Part shown: positions 1-10,159 of the stretch, piece after piece
Position numbering within the stretch: the stretch's first letter is position 1
How the letters are laid out: each line of letters starts with the position of its first letter
From: Octopus sinensis
Lineage: Eukaryota
NCBI RefSeq assembly: GCF_006345805.1
Contig: NC_043005.1
Coordinates: 27,218,001 to 27,282,000 of the forward strand
Reading direction: 5' to 3'
Length of the DNA: 64,000 bases
The notes under the pieces: generated by a model
Database searches by the model: none
Told to the model about the DNA's origin: nothing
Seen by the model: the letters and a program-made list of their open reading frames with translations, nothing else
Made by a program: the position numbers and the translations under genes

Positions 1-660
1 TGCATATAATAATGGCTGTCCACTCGTGACCATGGAAGACCATACAAAATACCAGCAATGTTCGTGCATAAGGTCATTGCACCAGCAATCGGATTGGTCT
101 GAGTTCGTATTCGCAGCTTCAAAGCTTAACGTAGCGCACTCCTACTCAACCGGTCATCACTTGGCCAGCGATTGCACAACCTAAACACTTAAGTCCAAGA
201 AGGCTCGCACAGCATCTGACAGACCCTCCCCACCCAACAGACATGATCCAGAGACAAGCCAAGGCAAGATAACCAGGGCCAGTATGGGTCGAAGGTTCAA
301 AAATGTGCGAGTACCATGATCTCAAGCGCAAGAGAAAAGTTCTCAAAATGTCCAATGCAATTTCCTGCATATTTGGTTTTATATCAGAATGTCCTTCTCC
401 AAGAGCCATGCTTTAGCAAAAGCAATGGTGTACCTCAGTCCCTGTGCTCCGCCAGCACGCCAGACACCAGCCCGGAATTTCTGAAGGCCCCGGCATATTG
501 TTAGATAGAAGTTGAGCCTACCCTATGTTCATCAGTTCTTTTGATAGAGCTTGCTTTTAAGTCCTGCTGGGTTTCTAGTGACCTTGCTCACCAAGGAAAC
601 TTGGTGGCGGTGGGGATGACCTGATCATGCAACAGATCGTGCCAGATTCAATACTACTAG
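1..660 (-). mobile_element. Possible degraded 5' region of an RTE-type LINE
   Basis: Minus strand contains GGAGAAGGACATTCTGATATAAAACC, resembling an RTE 5' motif as I recall it; no clear protein motif recovered. Confidence 0.25.
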
Positions 661-770
661 CAGCACTCATGGGTGACCTGATACATACATACATACATAC
701 ATACATACATACATACATACATACATACATACATACAGATAGACAGACAGACAAATAGTCATTATTTACA

Positions 771-920
771 TTATTTACATTCGACGGATATTTGTCCTCA
801 TCTTGTTTGTTGTTAACACAACGTTTCGGCTGATATACCCTCCAGCCTTCATCAGGTGTCTAGGGAAAATTTCGAACCTAGGTTCTCATTCCTAAGGTAT
901 TTTTCGATGTTATATGCCCA
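771..920 (-). repeat. Inverted partial copy of the Penelope-type tail of the adjacent SINE-like element
   Basis: 771-911 is the reverse complement of about 1179-1315 with few mismatches. Confidence 0.85.
815..860 (-). ncRNA. Minimal type I hammerhead ribozyme, intact core
   Basis: Minus strand reads GACAC CTGATGA A GGCTG gagggtatat CAGCC GAAAC GTT|GTGTT: helix I GACAC/GTGTT, helix II GGCTG/CAGCC, palindromic helix III AACGTT, GUU cleavage triplet. Confidence 0.75.
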
Positions 921-921
921 C

Positions 922-992
922 GGGCATACGGCGTAGTGGTTAAGAGCACGAGCTACTCACCCCAAGATTACGAGTTCGATTCCAGGCAATGA

Positions 993-1023
<31 letters not shown>

Positions 1024-1105
1024 CACAACAAATCACAGCACATACCCAAGGCACACAGAGCTGCGCTCGGTAGTGAAGTGAAAGCACGCTATAAAAATAA
1101 AACTA

Positions 1106-1170
<65 letters not shown>

Positions 1171-1348
1171 CAACAACAACATCGAAAAATACCTTAGAAA
1201 TGAGAACCCAGGTTTGAAATTTCTCCAAGACACCTGATAAAGGCTGGAGGGTATATCAACCGAAACGTGTTAACAACAAACAAGATGAGGACAAATATTT
1301 GTCAATTGTAAATAAGGTACATCATTCCTCATCTCTTAAATATAGAAC
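922..1348 (+). mobile_element. tRNA-headed SINE-like element with (AAT)n linker and hammerhead-bearing tail
   Basis: A-box-like GGCGTAGTGG at about 930 and B-box GAGTTCGATTCC at 972-983; (AAT)n; tail at about 1180-1348 with a decayed hammerhead (CTGATAA...GAAAC) at about 1229-1272. Confidence 0.7.
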
Positions 1349-1504
1349 AGACAAACATGCATACATACATATTAGGGTTGTTTCGAAAGTTATGCCAAAA
1401 TAGATCTTTCAAACTACACACTTTGGTCGGGTGACTCTTATTCTGCAGTAATTCATATTTCTGATCTTTACAGGAAATAATAGGTTCCAAACAGGTGTTT
1501 CCCA

Positions 1505-1630
1505 ACCACATGGTCTCCGGCTCAGTCCCACTGCGTGGTGCATTGGCCAAGTGTTTTCTACTATAGCTTCGGGATGACCAAAGCCTTGTGAGTGGATTTG
1601 GTACATGGAAACTGAAAGAAGCCCGTCATA
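1505..1630 (+). mobile_element. SINE family B (CORE-like, internal microsatellite), 5' part
   Basis: Matches the 5' half of the copies at 8771 and 30589. Confidence 0.7.
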
Positions 1631-1787
1631 TATATATATATATAAATATATGAAAGAATGGAGCTGAACGATGAATTAACAAAATTCCTTTATTTTCGAC
1701 ATATGTTTCAAATTATCGCTATGGGCTCCGTGTGAGCAATCATCTAAAAGTTTTTTGTTCATTTTGATGTTGACATAAGTTCCTTGC

Positions 1788-1870
1788 TTTTCCTGATGAG
1801 AAAGCGACATAATGTACTCCTTATTCCTTCGTAATTAGGAATATGCAGCCTTCGAAACATATGTCGAAAA
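1788..1870 (+). ncRNA. Minimal type I hammerhead ribozyme with extended helix II, intact core
   Basis: TTTTC CTGATGA GAAAGC...GCCTTC GAAAC ATAT GTC|GAAAA: helix I TTTTC/GAAAA, helix II 5 of 6 bp, palindromic helix III ACATATGT, GUC triplet. An inverted partial copy lies at about 1641-1710. Confidence 0.75.
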
Positions 1871-2070
1871 TAAAGGAATTTTGTTAATTCTTCGTTCAGC
1901 TCCATCCATTCATATATTTATATTTTTAAAATAAACATACAAATTTCCACACGAAAGCACGTAATCTGTGCCCTGGGCACGAAACTTCAACCGTGTATTT
2001 TTTTATGTGAATTTGCTACCCAGGTATCGGTTAATTCGAATTATCCATAATAAGATAATTCATTCAACTA

Positions 2071-2106
<36 letters not shown>

Positions 2107-2116
2107 CATACATACA

Positions 2117-2150
<34 letters not shown>

Positions 2151-2151
<1 letters not shown>

Positions 2152-3371
2152 TGGGTTGGCAACTAAGTTCCCGCGGGTTTTTTTTAAATTTTGGAATCTA
2201 TTTTTTTCGAGAATTCTATTTTTGAATCATTTTGGAATCTATTTTGTCTTTTTCCTAGTTAATTTTAGTTAATTTTTGTTTATTTTCAGATCATTAAAAT
2301 GGAATGTCAAGTTAAGAAAAACGAGCATTTTCGACACCTCCTTCTTTTTGCTTTTAATCAAGGTTCTAAGGCCGCAAAGGCTGCTCGCGACATTTGTGCT
2401 GTGTATGGAGAGGGTGCCATAGCTGAAAGAAACGCTCGTGATTGGCATGTCAAGTTCAAAAATGGAAATTTTGACCTCAAAGGCGCACCTCGTTCTGGCC
2501 GTCCAGTTGAGTTCAATGAAGAGTGATTAGACCAACTTTTGCACGAAAATTCTCGTCAAACGACAAGGGAACTGGCAGAGAAAATGGAATGCTCCCACAC
2601 TGCTTAGAGAAGCATCTTCACTCGATGTGAAAGGTTCAGAAGTATGGAGCATGGGTTCCGCATGCTTTAAGTGACAACAACAAAAATCAACGAGCCACAC
2701 TCTCCGCTGGTTTGCTTGCTCGTCACCGCTCAACTCATGGACACAAGCAGCGATTTCTTTACTGAATCGTTACTAGCGACGAAAAATGGTCACTGTACGT
2801 CAATATGAAGCTGCGTAAGGAATGGCTTAGTCCCGGTAAACAAGCGACACTGCGATGAAAATCTTCATCCGCGTAAAACGATGTTGAGCGTATGGTGGGA
2901 CTGGGAAGGGATTATCCCTTACGAATTGCTTGAACGGAACCAAACGGTAAACGCAGAACTCTGTGTTCAACAGATGGAACGACTCAACACGACTATTCAA
3001 GAGAAAAGACCTAATCGCCCTCATATCACCAATATGACCAAGGAAGCCATTCAAACGCATGGCTCGCAAGTGCTGCCACACCCACCGTACTCTCCTGATT
3101 TGGCACCAACGGATTTCCACCTCTTTCGATCTCTTTCAAATGCTCTGCGCGGAATTTCGTTCATAACTGATGCAGAATTGAGAGCTTGGTTGCATCAATT
3201 TTTCGAGTCGAAATTGTGTGATTTCTACCAACGAGGTATTGAAAATCTTGTTGGGTAGAAGTTGTAAATAACAAGGGTGAATACATTATTGATTTATTAG
3301 GTGTATTTTTTATTAAACCTTTAAAAAAATTTTAATTTAAATTTAAAAATCGACGGGAACTTAGTTGCCAA

Positions 3372-3375
<4 letters not shown>
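2151..3375 (+). mobile_element. Mariner transposon (mellifera-subfamily-like), near full length, defective
   Basis: TIR TTGGGTTGGCAACTAAGTTCCCG at both ends in TA context; transposase motifs WVPHAL, IVTSDEKW and YSPDLAPTD. Confidence 0.93.
2299..3297 (+). pseudogene. Mariner transposase pseudogene
   Basis: ORF pieces 2299-2526 and 2881-3258 give the HTH region and YSPDLAP. There are internal stops and frameshifts, and the HDNARP segment with the second catalytic Asp is missing (RPNRP runs straight into HIT). Confidence 0.9.
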
Positions 3376-3433
<58 letters not shown>

Positions 3434-3547
3434 TACGAATATAAATGCAAAAACAAAAATGAAATTAAAAACAAGAATGGTAATAACAGGACAACAGCAG
3501 GTGTCTTACGACTTTAATTTTATTTTTGTTTTTTGTATTTATATTTG

Positions 3548-3785
3548 TGTGGCTTCGTCCGTTTTTCTGTCCTTGTTTCGTTTACATTCGATCCTTTTCC
3601 CAAGAAATCTAATGCTCGCAGCTTAGTTTTTCATTGGGGCTGGCCGTTTCGGAGCAATATCAGGATTAATCAACCGAAATTTGCTATGATGATCCGGTTC
3701 CTGACTGAAGATTAAAGGCTTGGAATGACCCGTCCGTTTTTTTGTGTCGTCTCTTTGTGTATTTCACGTTCTTGTCCCTTTTTAT
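3548..3785 (+). repeat. Dispersed repeat family E (unclassified)
   Basis: Related copies at about 13500-13825 (+), 47805-48095 (-) and 57865-58140 (+) share GAAATCTAATGC...TTGGGGCTGGCC...GGAGCAATC...CCGAAAT. Confidence 0.75.
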
Positions 3786-3833
3786 ATATAATTTTTATAC
3801 CTATATTATTGCGGCGTAACGTACACCTTGTTC

Positions 3834-3880
<47 letters not shown>

Positions 3881-4332
3881 ATATATATATACACAGAGTG
3901 GTTGAAAAGTAACTCCCTATTTTAAAATACATATAATTTATTTATTAACCATGATTTTCTTTCGAATTTGTTGTAAATGTTCTTTAATGTATGAGAATTG
4001 ATTCTCACGTGGTTTTTTTTTGTCAGATCGCTTATTTTGTTTGGAATTTAGAAGCCCTGAAATTTAGAAGACCATGTTACGCACTGGGGTCGATGCAATC
4101 GACTTAATCCCTTTGTCTGTCCTTGTTTGTCCTCTCTATATTTAGCCCCTCGTGGGTAATAAAGAAACAAGAAAAATCCGAAAGGACATTCTGCATTACA
4201 TGTCAATCCCTGACCTGGAACCCACAAGGGCGGTGGAGGAGAGAAGGTCCACAAATTAGTTAGAGAAGGGATACTGAAGCATATATATATATATATATAA
4301 TATATATATATATAATATATATTGCGTGTATG

Positions 4333-5067
4333 TCTATTTATCAACTCATCAACAGATCCTCTCGATACTGACCTTATGGAACTCCTTAATCTTAGCACCA
4401 ACTTTCACCTATAACCTAAATACAACAAAGAACAAGAAAAATATTTAAGTGAAAACTATTATACGAAATGCTAAAGAACCTGAAAAACCAAAACATCACA
4501 AACACTGGTGACAAACTGGAAGACCCACTTCACGGGAAATGTAATAAATGTAGAGTCCGATAATATAATAAATATCAAATTAAAAAAAAATGGTTTTTAA
4601 CCCTTTAGTGTTTAAACCGGCCATATCTGGCCAGAATATTATCCTTGTTTTATGTTCAAACTTATGAGATGCAGCCTCTCACACCTACCCTGCAATGTCA
4701 TTCTACAAATAAACAATCACATCATAGAAATCTCAAAGCCATGAGACAAGGCACAATTAATTCAAAACAATGTGAATAAATAAGTATTACATTTGGCAGA
4801 ATAATCTAAACACTAAAGGGTTAAAAGCACTCCATGACTGAGATGAAAATGACAAGATCTGTAAGAGTGACAAATGTTTATAATCACCGGAGAGAAAGAG
4901 GAATATAATAAAGGAATGAATACTACTGAGAGACACAAACAATTTAGCGAAGATCATAGAAGATAGCAACAAACGACTAAAATTAGAATTAATTAATTAA
5001 TTACAGCAATAAATGCACAAATACGAGGTTCATCTTACTTTCCACGCATTGAAGGCGACTTCTCCCC
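4333..5067 (+). mobile_element. Penelope-like element, N-terminal/RT-proximal fragment
   Basis: Frameshifted translation NLS..ELLNLSTNFHL.PK, then KICKSDK..Y..ILLRDTN..IIEDSNKRLK..PRIEGDFSP, typical of the region upstream of PLE RT. Confidence 0.65.
4601..4820. mobile_element. piggyBac-type MITE
   Basis: TTAA|CCCTTTAGTGTTTA ... TAAACACTAAAGGG|TTAA: perfect 14-bp TIR with TTAA TSD, inserted in the Penelope fragment. Confidence 0.88.
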
Positions 5068-5075
5068 CTCCCACA

Positions 5076-5211
<136 letters not shown>

Positions 5212-5459
5212 CAAGATAAGAAAATGGAGAAATACATCTAAATCAAATATCAATTATCAGATAATACTCAATCACATACTTTATTAAACACCACATAAGA
5301 GACTGTAGGGGTAAACATAAAAAAAAGCAGAACAAATCAGTGTACATAAAGGAATGTACATAAAAAAGTGTACATAAAAGAGTAATGTTTTATAATAAGT
5401 AGAATATATATAAAAAAGAGAATATAAATATAAGTAAATATAAATATAAGTATAGATTA

Positions 5460-5588
5460 CATCTTACAGCTGTTTCGGCCATGTAGATAAGTATGTCTCA
5501 TTTTACCAATATTAGCCTTTTATGGTAGGTCAATATATAGATATAAATGAGACATTTACAAAAATATCATAAGGCCTCTTCGGAGATA
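5460..5588 (-). ncRNA. Degenerate hammerhead motif (U4C) with about 95-nt helix II insertion
   Basis: Minus strand reads TATCT CCGAAGA GGCC...GGCC GAAAC AGCT GTA|AGATG; helix III palindrome ACAGCTGT. Confidence 0.55.
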
Positions 5589-5837
5589 TACATATACTAA
5601 TTTATATTATTTATTTACATCATTATGTATATGCATATTTTTATATGTATAGGAATGTGAGTATATGCACTCATATGTATATATATTTCCTGTAATTCTT
5701 TTAGGAAGCTTTGGTTCTATAAGTTTTCTGTTTGTTGTAACTTAGGTGGCATTTTCGGGACTCGTGTGGTGTTTATATATAACAAAGTAAAGTTGTAAGG
5801 AACCGCATAATGAAAATATATGTGAAAGAAGACACAC

Positions 5838-5902
<65 letters not shown>

Positions 5903-5991
5903 CACAATTAAGATTCAGTTGAATTAGGTACTTAAGTTGATGTACCAAGTCAGTCCGGTATTTTCCGCATAGTAAAGTGAGTAAAAAAAAT

Positions 5992-6376
5992 ATATATTTG
6001 AAAAAGGAAAAAAATGACTTCACTGGTTGTTCTGATCAATTTAATTTTTAATAATTTTACAGTTCGGTTAGTAGATCTGGTAAATTCTTTGTTAACTTCG
6101 GTGAGGAGATTTTTTAAAGATTGCTTGTTAATTTTTCTGGAGAACTTTCTCGCATTCGTCAGTGATGAAACATAACCTGTGACCAGTTTGACAATCGCCA
6201 CCGGCGAATGCGAGAAGGTTCTCCAGAAAAGTTAACAAGCAATCTTTAAAAAATCTCCTCCACCGAAGTTAACAAAGAACTTACCAGATCTACAAACCAA
6301 ACTGAAAAACTATATCATTAAAAAATTAAATTAATTAGAACTACTAGTGAAGTCATTCTTTTCCATTTTCAAATAT
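5992..6376. repeat. Long inverted repeat (arms about 5992-6163 and 6199-6376), probably Penelope-derived
   Basis: Arms are diverged reverse complements; both encode NARKFSRK.NKQSLKNLL-like text. Confidence 0.8.
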
Positions 6377-6452
6377 ACCAAACTCTACCAAGGATTCACA
6401 CATTTTCCTATATATATATATATATATATACCTATATATATTCATACATACA

Positions 6453-6528
<76 letters not shown>

Positions 6529-6794
6529 AAAATTAGGAAAATCTTTATAAGAATTTATCAAGTAGTTAGCGTGAAAAACTTCATAAAGGAAAAAATTATT
6601 AATTATTCCCTATAAATATATTTATGTATAGTAATAACCTTAATGTATGTATAATATATATATATATATATTTCGTGACATCCACCGTGCGAACGACACA
6701 ACCGGTCTCACGCCATTTCCGCTCCACCGGTCACTCCTTGCACCGTGAACAGGAATAATCTTCTCTCTTCGCTCTTATACGCCATTTGGTCTCA

Positions 6795-7090
6795 ACTCTC
6801 CCCCCCTCCTCATCTAACCCCCCTCTCCCCTACTCACCTATCCTTTCCCCCCCGACCCCTACTTCTTCAGTCCTTCATCCTTCACCCCTATCCCCTTCCC
6901 TTCTTCCCTCTTTCTCCCTCCCCCCTCCTTCCCTCTTCCCCTTCCCTCTGCTCCCTCACCCTCTCTCCCCTTCTCCTCCCCTTCTCTCTCCCCCTCTCCC
7001 TATTTCTCTCCTTCCTCCCCATCCCCCTCCCCCCCTCTCCTCCCCCTCCTCTTCCCCTCCCCTTCTCCCCTTTCCCCCTCCCCCTTTCTC
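6795..7090 (+). repeat. C-rich polypyrimidine low-complexity tract
   Basis: About 300 nt, almost entirely C/T. Confidence 0.9.
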
Positions 7091-7139
7091 ACTACACCAC
7101 ACGACTTTACACATCACATCATATATGATGTGCCATACT

Positions 7140-7470
7140 AATACGTAACACCACTAATACATACTAATACGTACTAATACATACTAATACATACTAATAC
7201 ATACACCAACCCTATACATACACACGTCCAGACCCTCATACGCACTTATACTCTCTCATACACACACACACACATATATACATACTAATACGTACTAATA
7301 CATACTAATACATACTAATACATACACCAACCCCATACATACGCACGTCCAGACCAATCCTACGCACTAATACTCTCTCATACACACACACACACACACA
7401 CACCTTATACATACTAATACATACACCAACCCTATACATACACACGTCCAGACCCCTCCTACGCACTATT
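7140..7470 (+). repeat. Minisatellite, about 120-bp unit, about 2.5 copies
   Basis: Repeated CATACTAATAC...CACCAACCCTATACATACACACGTCCAGACCC. Confidence 0.85.
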
Positions 7471-7640
7471 AGCTGGTCCTTCAACCCTATTATCAACCCT
7501 ATTATCTCCCCTTATTTCGCTCTCGCGTCTCATGTTTGATCTTTGACCTCTGGCCGAAATCAGATCGCCATGTTGATTCGTTAGCTACTGCACGCATTTT
7601 TTTTCTCTCCTTCTTTCTGTGTTTTTTCTCTCTCTGTGTA

Positions 7641-7678
7641 TCTTTCTGTTGAAGAGCGTAGGCTCGAAACGTTAAAGA
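7641..7678 (+). ncRNA. Minimal hammerhead-like motif with CUGUUGA core variant
   Basis: TCTTT CTGTTGA A GAGC GTAG GCTC GAAAC GTT|AAAGA: helices I, II and III all pair, but core position 6 is U rather than A. Related copies at 16293-16330 and 43332-43368. Confidence 0.6.
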
Positions 7679-7775
7679 CTTGTTTTATTTATATTTCCTG
7701 AGCGCCATACTAATACAATTGTTCGTTTGTTTTCCACCTGCCTTCGTCTTTTGTCTATTTTCATAAAGCTTCCCG

Positions 7776-7805
<30 letters not shown>

Positions 7806-7815
<10 letters not shown>

Positions 7816-8110
7816 CAGTAGAAATACATAAGCAAAATAACCCATCTCAGATCTATATCATTCCAAATAAATACATTTACTCATTCAATCGCGAATAGAC
7901 AAGATTATAAAAAATACTCACCAAAGGATTATAGTATAAAGTGATCCAAGGAACTTTTACAGGCTTTAGAAGAAACAAATACAATAGGTACCATCTCTAC
8001 ATTAGATATAGAAAGTTAGTTCACTAAATCCGATTGACAGAATCGATAGAAATTATAACAGAAAACGTATATAAATGCCCCAAAATATAGCCACTTGCAA
8101 TGCCAGAGTA
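7806..8110 (+). mobile_element. Penelope-like reverse transcriptase fragment
   Basis: Frameshifted translation YGTVEIHKQNNP..., SKELLQALEETNTIGTISTLDIES.FT..., IEIITENVYK, matching PLE RT motifs YG.PKIHK and D..SLFTN. Confidence 0.75.
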
Positions 8111-8227
8111 AGCACATAAATGTGAAACAAGGTGGAGCAAAGAGTACTCAAATGCCGGAGGTAGAGTAATATGCTTTATTTAAAATCAGCAGAAATATAA
8201 CAAAAGCTGGCAAAATATAACAAAAAA

Positions 8228-8465
8228 GGCGGCGAGCTGGCAGAAACATTAGCACGCCGGGCGAAATGCGTAGCCGTATTTCGTCTGTCTTTACATTCTG
8301 AGTTCAAATTCTGACGAGGTCGACTTTGCCTTTCATCCTTTCGGGGTCGATTAAATAAGCACCAGTTACGCATTGGAATCGATGAAATCGACTTAATTCC
8401 TTTGTCTGTCCTTGTTTGTCCCCTCTATGTTTAGCCCCTTGTGGGCAATAAAGAAATAAGAAATA
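8228..8465 (+). mobile_element. tRNA-derived SINE family A (Meta-domain-like core)
   Basis: Head GGCGGCGAGCTGGCAGAA with B-box GAGTTCAAATTC; core GACTTTGCCTTTCATCCTTTCGGGGTCGAT. At least 12 related copies in the window. Confidence 0.88.
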
Positions 8466-8619
8466 AACAAAAGCTGTTACTCAGAGTTTCACCTTCCCGC
8501 TCGTCGGACAGTTTTATATATATATATATATAATAATATATATATACCATAACACCACACACACACAGGCCCCACAGACACACACACAACACACACACAC
8601 AACCACACACACACACATA

Positions 8620-8671
<52 letters not shown>

Positions 8672-8715
8672 TATATATATAATAGAGAGAGAGATAGATA
8701 GATAGATAGATAGAC

Positions 8716-8768
<53 letters not shown>

Positions 8769-8770
8769 TA

Positions 8771-9149
8771 GTGTGGCTGTGTGGTAAGTAGCTTCCTTAC
8801 CAGCCACATGGTTCTGGGTTCAGTCCCACTGCGTGGCACCTTGGGCAAGGTGTCTTCTACTATAACCTCGGGCCGACCAAAGCATTGTGAGTGGATTTGG
8901 TAGACGGAAACTGAAAGAAGCCCGTTGTAAATATATATAATTATATATGTATGTGTGTGTATATGTTTAGTTGTCTGTGTTTGTCCCCCGATGCTGGTGT
9001 GTTTACGTCCCCGTAACATAGCGGTTCTGCAAAGTAACCGATAGAATAAGTACTAGGTTTACAAAGAATAAGTTCTAGTGTCGATTCGCTCGACTAAAGG
9101 TTGTGCTCTAGCATGGCCGCAGTCAAATGACTGAAACAAGTAAAAGAGT
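8771..9149 (+). mobile_element. SINE family B, near full length
   Basis: Head with GGGTTCAGTCCC, CORE-like CCTTGGGCAAG, internal (TA)/(TG) tract, 3' end CAGTCAAATGACTGAAACAAGTAAAAGAGT. Confidence 0.88.
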
Positions 9150-9163
9150 TAAATATATATATA

Positions 9164-10076
9164 TCTATATATATAAAACTGTAGTTGTGTGAGTGTCTGT
9201 CCCCTTCGATTTAGATTCCTAACTACTCCCGCATTTTGCGGTGCAGTTTAACTAAATTCGGGTATCTTATAGTCGTGATTCATATCGAGCCCGTCTGGGT
9301 ATTAGCGCGCGTCTACGATGAGTCTACGATTTTAAAAATAATTTAACATCATTTTTTATTCCAGTTTAATGCATATTTTTACGTGTGTCGATGGCAGCGG
9401 AGTTGGCGTCCATGCTCACATCTGCACCTGTGTTGCTTCTCCCCCTTCTTCCCTCCCTCGTGAAGCTGTGGGGAAGGGAGTGTAAGGAAATCAACGTCGT
9501 AATGCGTTGTCAAGGAGACCAGCGTTCTTTTAGAACAACGACTTCATGGCTTGAAGTCGCCAAGACAGAAATCGCTAAAAAAGCTGAAACAGATCCACAA
9601 AAACAGCAAAAACCGCCACACAGGGCAGGTTTCCTGTGCAAACAATTTGCACAACCGAAGTTTTAGTTGTTGCACAAATCTTTATATATAAAAGTAAGGT
9701 TGTGTGTTCTCTCCTACGATTTAGATTCCTAACTACTCCCACATTTTGCGGTGCAGTGTAACCAAAGCGGGTATCTTATAGTCGTGATTCAGATCGAGCC
9801 CTTCTGGGTATTAGCGCGCGTCTACGATGAGTCTACGATTTAAAAAAAATTTACCATCATTTTTTATTCCATTTTAATGCTTTTTCGCTATTATATAAGG
9901 GAAGTAACTCTCTAAAAATGTCTACGATGAGTCAACGATTTAAAAAAAATTTACCATCATTTTTTATTCCATTTTTAATGCATTTTTTGCTATTATTTTG
10001 CTATAACTCACTAAAAATGCTTATATAGTTATTTCCCTTACAAACCACCCGAGGCAACTGCCGGCGATACTGCTAG
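9164..10076 (+). mobile_element. Non-autonomous Helitron, compound with two 5' ends
   Basis: A|TC starts at 9164 and 9679 with near-identical following sequence; 3' GC-rich hairpin-like segment followed by CTAG|T at 10076. Confidence 0.75.
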
Positions 10077-10159
10077 TATATATATATATATATATATATA
10101 TATAGCTTAGGTGACCCGCTCTACGCGCGGGTAAGAGTGTGGTTGTTACTTTCTGTTGC

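Noticed and set aside
7140-7470. Repeat-spacer-like array as CRISPR
   Set aside because: Eukaryotic context; units are tandem minisatellite copies without unique spacers or cas genes.
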